Positions 46,083-56,571 of a stretch of 64,000 nt of DNA are shown in pieces. Location: assembly GCA_002788675.1 (NCBI GenBank), contig PFRS01000005.1, forward strand, positions 131,731 through 195,730, read 5' to 3'. Made by a program: the position numbers and the translations under genes. Each line of letters opens with the position of its first letter. The stretch's first letter is position 1. A model generated the notes under the pieces. The model was given only the letters and a program-made list of their open reading frames with translations, made no database searches and was not told the DNA's origin. The stretch comes from Candidatus Pacebacteria bacterium CG_4_9_14_0_2_um_filter_40_15 (GTDB taxonomy: Bacteria > Patescibacteriota > Microgenomatia > UBA1400 > PJMF01).

Positions 46083-47801
46083 TTATTCTACTTGAAGATC
46101 CCAAAGTTTTTTGTATTTCCCTTTGCTATCTAGCAAGGTTTTGTGTGAACCTGACTCAATAATTCTACCGTCATCAATAACAATTATTTTGTCAGCTTTT
46201 TTAACAGTTGATAATCTATGTGCAATTATTAGAGTGGTAATATCCTTTGATACTTTCCAGAATGCAGATTGAATTAACTTTTCTGACTGTGAATCTAATT
46301 GACTGGTGGCTTCATCAAAAATGATAATGCGCGGATTTGAAAGAAGCATGCGTGCAATTGCCAATCTCTGTTTTTGTCCGCCTGATAACTTCACGCCTCG
46401 CTCACCTACTTGCGTGTCATATCCTTTTGGCAGCGTACAAATAAAATCATGCAACTGTGCCATTGCTGCAGCTTCTTCGACTTTTTGCTGAGAGAACTCA
46501 TCCAAACCATACCCAATATTAAATCCAATTGATGCATTAAAGAGTATTGGTTCCTGAGGCACAACTCCAATGTGGGATCTTAAATGAGACTTGGTCATGT
46601 CACGTAAATCAACCCCATCAATAGAAATAGTTCCATTGTCAGGATCATAGAGTCGTAGAAGTAACTTTGTAATCGTGGTTTTTCCTGCGCCAGAGGGCCC
46701 TACCAATGCCACTGATTCTCCTGGAGCAATACGAATTGTGACATCATGAATAGCATTTTCTTTCCCGTCAGGGTATGAAAAATGAACCTTATCAAAACTA
46801 ATTTCACCTGTAACATTCTGAAGCTTCACTGGTGAATCTGGATCTAAGACTGTTTCCTTTTCATCCAATACAGAAAAAAACTTTTCTAAATCTGTACTTA
46901 ACTTAAAAACATCTCTGAGTTGATAGAGCATTCTAAATAATTTGTCATAAAATGAAGTAACAAATCCAAAAATCATAATGAGTTCTGCAGCTGAAATGTG
47001 CTGGCTCACATAGAGTTGAATTGAATATAGAAGTACCGAAATTAAGCCTATTGTTCCAACTAATCCTGTGAAAAAATTGATATAATAAAATGAGTAGGCA
47101 TATCCCCAGATAGTTTTTACCCAAGGAACATGTTCTGTCTCCAACCTTTTGTATTCCCGGTCTTCCTTAGCAAAATACTTAACTGTTTCATAATTGAGCA
47201 AATTATCTACAACTGTGCTTGAGACAGTATCGTCAGCAGCATTAAACACTCTACGAGCTTCAATATTATTCCGTATTAGAATTGCTCCAACAATAATTTC
47301 AATGACCACTGTGATTGCTAAAATGGCTACCAACGTAGTATCAATAAATGAAAAAGAAATAAGCAGAACTACGAAACTTATTAAAGTAGTTGGTACTTCA
47401 TAATTTAAAGATGAATGAGTTCCAAAAAATGCTGAATCACCACGCTTAATTGCACTTATCAATGATCCAGTGCTTCGATTAATTTGAAAAGAAAAATCGA
47501 GTGTTTGTATTTTTTTAAACACTTCTAAATATGCTGCTCTATTTGCTTTGACCAAAATGACATCACTAAAATAGTGCCGCACCATCCCACCCAATAATAT
47601 AAAAAACCTTAGGACAATGTACCAACTCAGAACTACAAAAACTGCTGAATCCACACCTAAAGAGATTGATTCAATAAATACTTTATAAAAAATTGGCAGA
47701 ATGCCTTCAGCAATTCCAACAATAATCACTGTCGCCCACATCGCACTGTAATAATAGGGATACTTTAGACAAAATCTATAGAAAGCAATGAATGGTTTCA
47801 T
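46083..47801 (-). CDS. ABC exporter, fused permease-ATPase (MsbA-like)
   Basis: Six N-terminal TM helices, then 'GPSGAGKTT', 'LSGGQKQRLAIARMLL', 'IIFDEATSQLD'. Confidence 0.8.
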   Translation of the reverse strand: MKPFIAFYRFCLKYPYYYSAMWATVIIVGIAEGILPIFYKVFIESISLGVDSAVFVVLSWYIVLRFFILLGGMVRHYFSDVILVKANRAAYLEVFKKIQTLDFSFQINRSTGSLISAIKRGDSAFFGTHSSLNYEVPTTLISFVVLLISFSFIDTTLVAILAITVVIEIIVGAILIRNNIEARRVFNAADDTVSSTVVDNLLNYETVKYFAKEDREYKRLETEHVPWVKTIWGYAYSFYYINFFTGLVGTIGLISVLLYSIQLYVSQHISAAELIMIFGFVTSFYDKLFRMLYQLRDVFKLSTDLEKFFSVLDEKETVLDPDSPVKLQNVTGEISFDKVHFSYPDGKENAIHDVTIRIAPGESVALVGPSGAGKTTITKLLLRLYDPDNGTISIDGVDLRDMTKSHLRSHIGVVPQEPILFNASIGFNIGYGLDEFSQQKVEEAAAMAQLHDFICTLPKGYDTQVGERGVKLSGGQKQRLAIARMLLSNPRIIIFDEATSQLDSQSEKLIQSAFWKVSKDITTLIIAHRLSTVKKADKIIVIDDGRIIESGSHKTLLDSKGKYKKLWDLQVE

Positions 47802-48316
47802 CGGGAGACCTCTAGCGTTGAAGTCTCAGCTCCACATGATCGAACAGTTACAACACCATCCTCTGAAACGCGTATACTATACCCATAAAACTGTAAATCC
47901 TGATCTGATTGCAAAAGAGGATCTCTGGGAACTGAACCAATGTAGGGAACTACACTACTCGATATATCTATACAAAAATCTTGTGCGCCTGCACAAAATG
48001 AAGCTCCTCCTGAAGTACAGCTACCTAACTGTGTTTCGCTCATTCCAACAGTCACCCCATCAGGATAGGTCCCATTAGTATCAACAATATATTGATGAAT
48101 AGCTGTAATTAGCGAATGCATATCAACAATTCTCTTGGCATCACGAGCATCAGCTCGTCGATCATTCGGATTCACTGCTGTGACAACAACTCCAGCAACA
48201 ACAGTAAAAATAAAAATAATGCACAAAATCTCAAAAAGTGATAAGTTTTTTTTCTGTCCATTTAGGAAACGAGACATGCGATATTTTCTCTCTTTTGTAT
48301 AGGTATAGTTAAACAT
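47798..48316 (-). CDS. Prepilin-type N-terminal domain protein (type IV pilin / pseudopilin-like)
   Basis: 'KNLSLFEILCIIFIFTVVAGVV' resembles a class III signal peptide + hydrophobic helix. Confidence 0.4.
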   Translation of the reverse strand: MFNYTYTKERKYRMSRFLNGQKKNLSLFEILCIIFIFTVVAGVVVTAVNPNDRRADARDAKRIVDMHSLITAIHQYIVDTNGTYPDGVTVGMSETQLGSCTSGGASFCAGAQDFCIDISSSVVPYIGSVPRDPLLQSDQDLQFYGYSIRVSEDGVVTVRSCGAETSTLEVSR

Positions 48317-48400
48317 ATTTAGAGTGACAGGTAAAGCAGTAGAGTGCTGATTTTCTTGAGGAAAATTAAATATTCAAATGTGATAAAATAGAACTTCACA

Positions 48401-48913
48401 ATGACATATTCCAACTATCATCCTGTTGTACAAAAAATTCATTCACTCCTACTGTCTAACCAGTTGTGGCATGAAGTGTTTGAGCATGAACCGGTCAGAA
48501 CAAGTGAAGAAGCCGCTGCAATCCGGACCGGCTATTCACTTGAACAAGGAGCAAAAGCACTTATCTTACAAGCAAAGCGTAGTGCATCAGATAAGTTTTT
48601 TTGTATGCTGGTTATTCCGGGTAATCACACATTCAACTCAAAAAAAGTAACAAAAATGTTAAACGTCAAATCAATTCGGTTTGCCACCACTGATGAAGTG
48701 TCTAAACTAACGGGAGGTGTGTTAATTGGAGGGGTGCCACCTTGGGGTAGTCTTTTTAAGCTACCCACTTATGTTGACTCATCTCTCACTCAACTTGAAA
48801 AAATTATCTTTAATGCAGGCGATCGTTCTGTCTCAATTGCAATGAACACAAAAGAATATTTAAAATATCAGCCAACTACACTAGTTGACGTTATTGCCGA
48901 TACGAAGCAATAA
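48401..48913 (+). CDS. YbaK/ProX-family aminoacyl-tRNA deacylase
   Basis: 'LTGGVLIGGVPPWG' and overall YbaK-like layout. Confidence 0.55.
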   Translation: MTYSNYHPVVQKIHSLLLSNQLWHEVFEHEPVRTSEEAAAIRTGYSLEQGAKALILQAKRSASDKFFCMLVIPGNHTFNSKKVTKMLNVKSIRFATTDEVSKLTGGVLIGGVPPWGSLFKLPTYVDSSLTQLEKIIFNAGDRSVSIAMNTKEYLKYQPTTLVDVIADTKQ

Positions 48914-49394
48914 GAACTAGTTCTGTTGTGTCCCAAGGATATCGATGCAGTGCAATAATGAGTTCGTCTTTAGTATCTGTCATTAGGGATTTTGCTTGGC
49001 CTCTCTCTCTACTCAAGACTTGCGTGACTGAATAGCTATATATTCCATTGTTTGATCCGAGTACTGTAACACTTGTCCCTAGAGTAGCTTCACTACCTGC
49101 TTCATACAGCGACGATCCAGCCCCTGAGAGTACTATGCTTGATCTCGAACCGAGTCCACTTGAGCTGAGCTGTTGTAGGCCACGTGACACAGAAGGCTGA
49201 ACTGTCACTGAGAACTCATCAGAACTTCCAATTTGGATGCTTTCAATTGATACTCCATAAGAAGGTGTACTTTGTTGTGGTACAGCCTGTACATTTGATC
49301 TAGGTGATATAACAGAGATAGTCACTCCTAATCCAAGACCAATACCCATTGCTGATACTACTACTAACCTTTTTATTCTGATAGACATACTCAT
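48891..49394 (-). CDS. Secreted Ser-rich hypothetical protein
   Basis: Signal-like N-terminus 'LVVVSAMGIGLGLGVT'. Confidence 0.3.
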   Translation of the reverse strand: MSMSIRIKRLVVVSAMGIGLGLGVTISVISPRSNVQAVPQQSTPSYGVSIESIQIGSSDEFSVTVQPSVSRGLQQLSSSGLGSRSSIVLSGAGSSLYEAGSEATLGTSVTVLGSNNGIYSYSVTQVLSRERGQAKSLMTDTKDELIIALHRYPWDTTELVLIASYRQ

Positions 49395-49470
49395 AGTATA
49401 TCAAAATAGGCTTATATTTTCCAGATGGCCTGGTTTTTATTCTATGGAGTGTAGGTTATACTAGCCATAT

Positions 49471-50547
49471 ATGTTAAAAAAAATGCTGCTTATGCTTCTT
49501 TTTGTCTCAGCAGGTTTTGCACTAGGGCTTCTCACACCATTTATTCAAAATTCATTAGTGGGTGAAGATGGTGAACTGCTGGTACCTACAATAATCACAC
49601 CAACACTTCCAAAGAAAGAATTACCCTTACAAAAATATTCACTTACCAAGCTAGCCGACCTACCTCGATCTACAGCTCCGATACAAATTGTAAAAGAACT
49701 CGAAGCTACCAGTAGCTACACCTCATATCTTTTTACCTGGACTACTCAAGGAAAAATAATGACGGGACAAGTCAATTTGCCAAGACCATTTGATCCTGAA
49801 AATGCCACAACAATTGTACTGCTTAGAGGCTATGTTCCTGAGGATAGCTATGAGACCGGGGTCGGAACTAAAAATGCAGCAGCAATTTTTGCCCAGCAGG
49901 GATACATGACAGTTGCACCTGATTTTTTTGGATACGGCGGAAGCGATCCAGAACCAACAGATACCTGGCAAGCACGTTTTGAAAAGCCACTCTTAGTCAT
50001 GGAATTACTTGATTCACTCAAAATTGCAGGCATTCAAGGTGATGGAACGCCACCGATCCTCTCAAAAAACATTGGCATATGGGCACATAGCAATGGCGGA
50101 CAAATCGCACTTTCAACTCTTGAAGCATTTCAATTAACTATTCCGACAACACTATGGGCACCAGTTTCTGCCCCATTCCCCTATTCCATTCAATTTTTTT
50201 CTGATGAAATTGAGGATGAAGGCAAGTCTCAACGTAAATGGATATCTCTCTTTGAAGATGACTACGATGTCTTTGATTACTCTGTAACTCAACATTTAGA
50301 TATGCTTAAGGCACCGCTACAGCTCCATCATGGTGAGACTGACGACGCAGCACCCATTGCATGGAGTGATGAATTTGTAGAAAAATTAGAAGCGGCACAA
50401 GTTGCCACAGCAGCAGCAACTCAAACTCCCTATCCCATTACCTACTACAGGTATAAAGGAACTGACCACAACATGCAACCAAAGACTTCTTGGAATACTG
50501 CAATACAAAGAGATCTAACTTTTTTTGCCAAGACACTGGCTGAATAA
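49471..50547 (+). CDS. Secreted alpha/beta-hydrolase (S9/dienelactone-hydrolase-like)
   Basis: Signal peptide, then nucleophile elbow 'WAHSNGG'. Confidence 0.5.
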   Translation: MLKKMLLMLLFVSAGFALGLLTPFIQNSLVGEDGELLVPTIITPTLPKKELPLQKYSLTKLADLPRSTAPIQIVKELEATSSYTSYLFTWTTQGKIMTGQVNLPRPFDPENATTIVLLRGYVPEDSYETGVGTKNAAAIFAQQGYMTVAPDFFGYGGSDPEPTDTWQARFEKPLLVMELLDSLKIAGIQGDGTPPILSKNIGIWAHSNGGQIALSTLEAFQLTIPTTLWAPVSAPFPYSIQFFSDEIEDEGKSQRKWISLFEDDYDVFDYSVTQHLDMLKAPLQLHHGETDDAAPIAWSDEFVEKLEAAQVATAAATQTPYPITYYRYKGTDHNMQPKTSWNTAIQRDLTFFAKTLAE

Positions 50548-50621
50548 TCAGCTAACTCTGATTCATTTCCAAACAAAAAGCCACGAAAAAGGCGCACATA
50601 TGTGCGCCAGTTTTTTGTACC

Positions 50622-50813
50622 TTAGTGCGTTGTCTCATCTCGGAATACGAGATATTCCAGAATAACACCGGCAATGGCGCCAATAACAGCGCCTATGCCT
50701 AACATAACACCAATATTTACCCACTCAAAAAGTGGAAGTTCTGCTAGAGCAAGTCCAAGACCTGCCCCAATTAAAGCAAAAAAAATGATAGCTACACACT
50801 GTGTGAAGGACAT
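50622..50813 (-). CDS. Small two-helix membrane protein
   Basis: 63 aa, Gly/Ala-rich hydrophobic. Confidence 0.3.
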   Translation of the reverse strand: MSFTQCVAIIFFALIGAGLGLALAELPLFEWVNIGVMLGIGAVIGAIAGVILEYLVFRDETTH

Positions 50814-50941
50814 TTCTCTTCTGCTACCTTTTCACATAAAAAACTAAGAAAGCTTTTATATGAATTATTGATGCTGCTTATTAAAGAAAGATACAGAATA
50901 TATTATACATCCTATATTAAATATTATCAAGTATTTCTTTA

Positions 50942-52102
50942 TTATTTCAACGTCTCTGCTTCAGTCAGACTTCCCGAGGAAAAAGTACGAACAGTATCGA
51001 TACGCTTCTGCATTTGGCGCACGCGCGTGCCACTAAGCTCATCGTAACTGGTCTGTAATGTTTTTATAGCACGTCCATATTTGTCAAGAGATCCAACAAA
51101 CTTATCCCATTCTAGGCTAAACTGATCAACATGTTGAATAACTTCTTTAAGCCGATCACCTATCATAAAGTTTCGATAACTCTCCATGACCGTACGCGCA
51201 ACAATTAAAAAGGTAAATGGTGAAACTATAAGTACTCTCTTTTGCAGTGAGTAATCAACCAATGGAGAAAGTTTTTGGTTAATAAATGAAAATATCATCT
51301 CATTTGGCACAAACATAATTGCGTAGTCAAGGGTGTTAAACTCTGGATGAATATACTCAGCAACTTTATCTATTTTTTTCTTAAGATCTTGTTCAAATTG
51401 TTTTAAATGTACGTCTCTAAGCGATTTTGTGTCAGCATCAGACATCTTTTGCATTTCGGAGTATGGAAATTTTACATCAACGGCAACTACCCGCTTATTT
51501 GGCAAAAGTAATGTAATATCTGGTCTTAAACCTGAATCACCAAGTTTTAATTGCTTCTCGTAATGCAGCCCTTCTTGTAGACCATGGGAAGTAAGCAAAT
51601 CTTCAATAATTCTCTCACCCCAAGCACCTCTAGATTGATTATTTGAAAGCACTTTTGACAGCTGTTCCGTTGATATTTTAAGGTCATTGGTAACTTCACG
51701 TTGATAATCGAGCGCTTTAGCAATTTGAGTAAACTTTTCGACTCGATCAGTTTCAATTTTTCTAATTTCATCTTGCCGAGTCATAATGTCTTTTTGAAGA
51801 TCCTTGACTAATTTTTCAATCATTTGATGCTTATTTGCTAAATCACTTTTAATTGATTCTTTTTCACTTTGCAAAATATCCCGACTCTGCTGTGCTACTT
51901 TTTGAGCTGACATACCAAAAACACGGTTAACCACCGATTCAATGTCAGATTGTTTTCTCGCCTCATACAATTTTTTTTGCATTACAATAAGGATAATAAA
52001 ACCTGCAATAATCAGTACAGCTAGGAATACAATTTCAAGTGTCATAACTGATACAGTATACTGAGAAGGTGTAGATAAGAAAAGATACGCGATGGATACC
52101 AC
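50942..52102 (-). CDS. rmuC: DNA recombination protein RmuC
   Basis: N-terminal TM, coiled-coil, 'RVVAVDVKFP' and 'AIMFVPNEMIF' (RmuC signature). Confidence 0.7.
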   Translation of the reverse strand: MVSIAYLFLSTPSQYTVSVMTLEIVFLAVLIIAGFIILIVMQKKLYEARKQSDIESVVNRVFGMSAQKVAQQSRDILQSEKESIKSDLANKHQMIEKLVKDLQKDIMTRQDEIRKIETDRVEKFTQIAKALDYQREVTNDLKISTEQLSKVLSNNQSRGAWGERIIEDLLTSHGLQEGLHYEKQLKLGDSGLRPDITLLLPNKRVVAVDVKFPYSEMQKMSDADTKSLRDVHLKQFEQDLKKKIDKVAEYIHPEFNTLDYAIMFVPNEMIFSFINQKLSPLVDYSLQKRVLIVSPFTFLIVARTVMESYRNFMIGDRLKEVIQHVDQFSLEWDKFVGSLDKYGRAIKTLQTSYDELSGTRVRQMQKRIDTVRTFSSGSLTEAETLK

Positions 52103-52601
52103 TACTACTACAGAACCAAAAATTCAGAAGGCTCGATCACGCTTACAACGAAGCCAAGCAGTTACACAGCAGCCAAACACCGTTTCAAAACCACGACACG
52201 CTGCCCATCGAGTATCCACCTCTCAAAAAACACAACTCAGTACTTACAAATATTTTCGATACTCCCCTCTGCTACTTATCTCACTCATACACATATTTGT
52301 TCTGTATCGAGTACTTACCACTATTGACCCAGCTAGCTGGAAAAATGTAGTGATTCCTAGTACCTACTTACCCATGTTGCTGCTTATTGTGAGTACTACT
52401 TTTTTTACAACCAGTTATATCTTTTTAAACACTTCAAGAGGTATTCGCTTTTCACTTTTTGTAGGAACTCTTTTTTTCTTAAAGTTTCAACACGTTGTAC
52501 TCTCAATTCCTGTGCTCACGGCGTTGATAAGCGTGTATAGCGTTGTTGAGCTCATAAGTGTTCTGCTCTCTCGAAAAGGGGACTCGAAAAATAAGGCATA
52601 A
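52092..52601 (+). CDS. Membrane protein, hypothetical
   Basis: 169 aa with several hydrophobic helices. Confidence 0.3.
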   Translation: MDTTTTTEPKIQKARSRLQRSQAVTQQPNTVSKPRHAAHRVSTSQKTQLSTYKYFRYSPLLLISLIHIFVLYRVLTTIDPASWKNVVIPSTYLPMLLLIVSTTFFTTSYIFLNTSRGIRFSLFVGTLFFLKFQHVVLSIPVLTALISVYSVVELISVLLSRKGDSKNKA

Positions 52602-52624
52602 TAGATTACAATACCAGATGTACT

Positions 52625-54103
52625 ATGAAACAAAAATTCTATATCACCACAACATTACCCTATGTAAACGCAGAACCACACATCGGCTTTGCACTCGAGA
52701 TTATTGCGGCAGATGTGATTGCTCGTTTTCATAGTGAAGTGTTAGGTGAAGAAGTTGTCTTTAATACAGGTACTGATGAACATGGTCAGAAAATTCATCA
52801 GAAAGCCCAAGAATCCGGTAAAGATACGCAATCATACGTCGACGAATATGCAGCAAAGTTTTCAGAACTGAGAGAATTACTTTCAATTAACTACACACAC
52901 TTTATTAGAACCACAAACCCAAATCATAAAGCAGCTGCACAAGAGTTCTGGACCCGTTGCAAAAATAATGGTGATATCTACAAGAAAATGTATAAGTTGT
53001 CTTATTGTGTTGGCTGTGAACTTGAGAAGCTAAGTTCTGAGCTGGTTGACGGAAGATGTCCACTGCATCCAAATAAAGATATTGAAATTAGAGAAGAGGA
53101 AAATTATTTCTTTGCATTTTCCAACTACCAAAAAGCGCTTCTGGATCACTATGAACAGAATCCTAGTTTCGTAGAACCTGAGAGCAAGATGAAAGAGATA
53201 GTCGCATTTGTTTCAGGTGGCTTGCAAGACTTTAGTATTTCTCGCTTAAAGGAAAAAATGCCTTGGGGTGTTGAAGTTCCTGGTGATCCAGACCATGTTA
53301 TGTATGTATGGTTTGATGCTCTGGTAAACTATGTTTCTACACTTGGCTGGCCTGACAATACAGAAAATTTTAATGCTTACTGGCCAGGGGTTCAACTTGC
53401 AGGAAAAGATAATCTCCGCCAGCAGTCTGCAATGTGGCAAGCCATGCTTGCCTCAGCAGGACTCCCATTTAGTAAAAAAATATTAATTAATGGTTTTATT
53501 AGTATTGATGGACAAAAAATGAGCAAATCTCTTGGTAATGTGATCTCTCCTAAAGAAATGGTTGAGAGGTACGGGACTGATGCTACCAGATTTTTGTTGA
53601 TGAGACTTGGCCCATTTGGAAGTGATATGGATGTTAATTGGCACAAACTTGACATCACGTATCAATCTTTACTGGCTAATAATATTGGAAACACTGCATC
53701 TAGAATTGCAAAATTATGTGAGAACAATGAAGTTGGATACAATGAAAAGGTTGAATTTTGGGACATAAAAGTTTCTGAAAAAGAAAATGAAGTAAAAATT
53801 TCCGCATTAGAAAATGCAGAAAAAAACCTTTCAATTTATGAAATAAGAGGTGCGCTAACAGATATACATATATATTCAGATACTATTGAAAGGCAACTCA
53901 GTATTAAAGAACCATGGAAACTTAAAGATGAGAATCAAAAAGCTGAAAAGAAAAAAATACTTCAAGAAGCTATCATGAGTATCATCAAACTTGCAGAGTC
54001 ACTAAAGCCTTTCATGCCTAAAACATCAAATACTTTAATCAGCCACTTCTCACAAGAAAAGATTTCAGCCCTCGAGCCTTTGTTCCCTCGTCTACCCATA
54101 TAG
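52625..54103 (+). CDS. metG: Methionine--tRNA ligase (minimal form)
   Basis: 'TTTLPYVNAEPHIGFA' (HIGH-region variant), zinc knuckle 'CVGCE...CPLH', 'KMSKSLGN'. Confidence 0.75.
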   Translation: MKQKFYITTTLPYVNAEPHIGFALEIIAADVIARFHSEVLGEEVVFNTGTDEHGQKIHQKAQESGKDTQSYVDEYAAKFSELRELLSINYTHFIRTTNPNHKAAAQEFWTRCKNNGDIYKKMYKLSYCVGCELEKLSSELVDGRCPLHPNKDIEIREEENYFFAFSNYQKALLDHYEQNPSFVEPESKMKEIVAFVSGGLQDFSISRLKEKMPWGVEVPGDPDHVMYVWFDALVNYVSTLGWPDNTENFNAYWPGVQLAGKDNLRQQSAMWQAMLASAGLPFSKKILINGFISIDGQKMSKSLGNVISPKEMVERYGTDATRFLLMRLGPFGSDMDVNWHKLDITYQSLLANNIGNTASRIAKLCENNEVGYNEKVEFWDIKVSEKENEVKISALENAEKNLSIYEIRGALTDIHIYSDTIERQLSIKEPWKLKDENQKAEKKKILQEAIMSIIKLAESLKPFMPKTSNTLISHFSQEKISALEPLFPRLPI

Positions 54104-54109
54104 CTCACT

Positions 54110-54973
54110 ATGCCACTTTTTGATACTCACTGCCACTATAACCTCAATCCTCTAGACACAGACTGGCAAGAACACTGGCATTTAGCTCAAAAAAACAATA
54201 TCACTCACTCCATTGTGGTTGGAACCGATCATGAGACAAGTGCTCGAGCTCTAGAGATTGCTAGCCATGATGCAAATCTCTCTGCAAGTGTTGGCTATCA
54301 CCCTGGTTACTTCCAAGAACACAGTGATCAATTCATTTCTGATCAAACAATACTGACAACAAACTGCGAACAGCACTTACAAACTATTACTACATCTCTT
54401 GAGAATTTAATTACAAGAAATCCCATTGCTATTGGAGAAATAGGTCTGGATTTCTATCGTTTGCGATCGAAAGGATTAAAACGTGGTGTTCTTATCAACT
54501 TACAAGAAGAGGCTTTAAAAAAGCAACTAAAAATTGCACACAAGCATCAACTCCCAGTAATTTTACATGTGCGAGATCAAGAAGATAGAACACACGACAC
54601 TGCATATAGCAGTGTACTAAAAATTCTTGAGAAGCAAACTCCAGCAAAATTTGTGCTTCACTGTGCATCAGGCCCCATCGATTACATACAAAAAGCTCTT
54701 GAAATGGGTGCCTACATTGGTTTCGATGGCAACCTCACCTATGAATCAGCTGATCACCTCAGAAAAATATTTGAAATTACTCCAAAAGAAAGAGTATTAC
54801 TCGAGACTGATGCCCCCTATCTGGCTCCAGGGTTACACCGTGGCAACGTCTGTGAACCGTGGATGATAACTGAAACAGCTCACTACATGCGAGAAGAACT
54901 GGGTGCAGATCTAGAACAAATATATCAAAATAGCTTTTTGTTTTTCGATATCACTAAAAATCATATACAATAA
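54110..54973 (+). CDS. tatD: TatD-family deoxyribonuclease (housekeeping, metG-linked)
   Basis: 'FDTHCHYNL', 'GEIGLDFYR', 'LETDAPYL'. Conserved metG-tatD synteny. Confidence 0.75.
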   Translation: MPLFDTHCHYNLNPLDTDWQEHWHLAQKNNITHSIVVGTDHETSARALEIASHDANLSASVGYHPGYFQEHSDQFISDQTILTTNCEQHLQTITTSLENLITRNPIAIGEIGLDFYRLRSKGLKRGVLINLQEEALKKQLKIAHKHQLPVILHVRDQEDRTHDTAYSSVLKILEKQTPAKFVLHCASGPIDYIQKALEMGAYIGFDGNLTYESADHLRKIFEITPKERVLLETDAPYLAPGLHRGNVCEPWMITETAHYMREELGADLEQIYQNSFLFFDITKNHIQ

Positions 54974-54981
54974 GACACTGT

Positions 54982-56487
54982 ATGGGCAACATTTTACGAA
55001 CATATCTAAAGCGACATCCTGTTAGGTCACAACGATTTCTTGAAATCTTGCCAGGGTTTGTTTCTTGGTCGCTTATTCTCTTTCCTTTCTGGGGATCGCT
55101 CATTGTGCCAGAGTTTGTTGCCTACTTTGTGATAGCTTTTGCTGTGTATTGGCTCTATCGTTCCCTCAGTATGTCAGTCTTGGCTGTTATGGGACATTTT
55201 AGAATTAAAGCTGCTTCATCTTTTAACTGGATTGCTGACCTAAAAAAGAATTTTCCAAAAAAATGGAACTCCATTCAACACATAATTATTATTCCAACCT
55301 ATAAAGAACCTTTGGAAACTCTCGAAAGGACTTTAGATGGATTGTCTAAGCAATCATATCCTCAAAAAAACTTACACATCATGCTTTCATTTGAAGAACG
55401 TGAAGGCAAAGATGCTGACGAAAAAGCAAAAATTCTTATAAAAAAATATGGTGAGGTTTTTGGTAACTTATGGACGACTAAGCACCCAGATATTGAAGGT
55501 GAAGTAAAAGGAAAGTCATCCAATACCTCCTGGGGAGCTCGAATAGCGAAAAAGCACCTTATTGATGACCAAAAGTTTGACTTAGATTTCGTGACGATCA
55601 GTAGTGAAGATGCAGATGCTCTGTTTCATAAAGATTACTTTGCAAATGTGTCCTTCGAGTTTTTATCTGAGAAAAATCCTTACAATAAAATTTGGCAGGG
55701 AGCCGTTGTCTTTTATAACAACATTTGGAAAGTCCCGCCACCTATTCGGGTGCTCGCCTCGATGTTTTCTGTGATTCAGATTCATATTCTTATGCGCAGC
55801 GATCGTTTAATTAATTTTTCAACCTACACTACTTCACTTAAACACGTAGTTGAAATTGATTTTTGGGACACCAATGTTATTCCAGAAGACTATCGATTAT
55901 TCTTCAAATCTTATTTTGCAAAAAAGGGCGACTTCGAAGTTAAACCAATTTTCTTACCAATATATTCTGACGCTGCTGAATCTGGTACTTGGTGGGAAAC
56001 ATTTGTAAATCAGTATGAACAGCTTAAACGTTGGGCTTGGGGAGTCAGTGATGACGCCTATATTATCAAGCAATATATTAACGCCACAGAAATACCCTTT
56101 TGGGAAAAAACCATTCGTGTTTCTAAAACAGTAGAAGATCACTTTCTCTGGCCAGTAAATTGGTTTATTGTGACCATAGCAGCATTCTTACCTCCATTGC
56201 TTAACCCTGCCTTCAATAGGACCACTATTGGTAAAACGCTCCCTCAGGTTACTTCAACATTGTTAACACTGTCACTTGTCTCAATGGTAATTATCTTCAT
56301 CATTGATGCAGTCAACCGACCACCTAGACCAAACAAAGGCAATCCGTTTTCATACATCATGCAACCACTTGAATTCTTCTTACTTCCCATTATTGGCTTT
56401 TTCTTCTCAGCATTACCTGGTATTGATGCACACACACGATTAATGCTTGGTAAATATATTGAGTACAGAGTCACCGAAAAAGTGTAA
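54982..56487 (+). CDS. Membrane-bound family-2 glycosyltransferase, processive type
   Basis: 'IIPTYKEP' (GT2 start), 'SEDAD', 'QLKRWAWG' (QxxRW). Confidence 0.5.
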   Translation: MGNILRTYLKRHPVRSQRFLEILPGFVSWSLILFPFWGSLIVPEFVAYFVIAFAVYWLYRSLSMSVLAVMGHFRIKAASSFNWIADLKKNFPKKWNSIQHIIIIPTYKEPLETLERTLDGLSKQSYPQKNLHIMLSFEEREGKDADEKAKILIKKYGEVFGNLWTTKHPDIEGEVKGKSSNTSWGARIAKKHLIDDQKFDLDFVTISSEDADALFHKDYFANVSFEFLSEKNPYNKIWQGAVVFYNNIWKVPPPIRVLASMFSVIQIHILMRSDRLINFSTYTTSLKHVVEIDFWDTNVIPEDYRLFFKSYFAKKGDFEVKPIFLPIYSDAAESGTWWETFVNQYEQLKRWAWGVSDDAYIIKQYINATEIPFWEKTIRVSKTVEDHFLWPVNWFIVTIAAFLPPLLNPAFNRTTIGKTLPQVTSTLLTLSLVSMVIIFIIDAVNRPPRPNKGNPFSYIMQPLEFFLLPIIGFFFSALPGIDAHTRLMLGKYIEYRVTEKV

Positions 56488-56571
56488 AACCTGTAAGTGC
56501 AGTATATTTGACTAGAACTTTGTCATAGATCTGCTGTATAGTAACTATTAGTACAATTATAGCTACACATA

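Noticed and set aside
54110-54973. Second TatD gene as part of a defence system
   Set aside because: It is in the conserved housekeeping position immediately after metG, with no KAP/QueC partners. Only the 25589-26320 TatD is in a Qat-like context.
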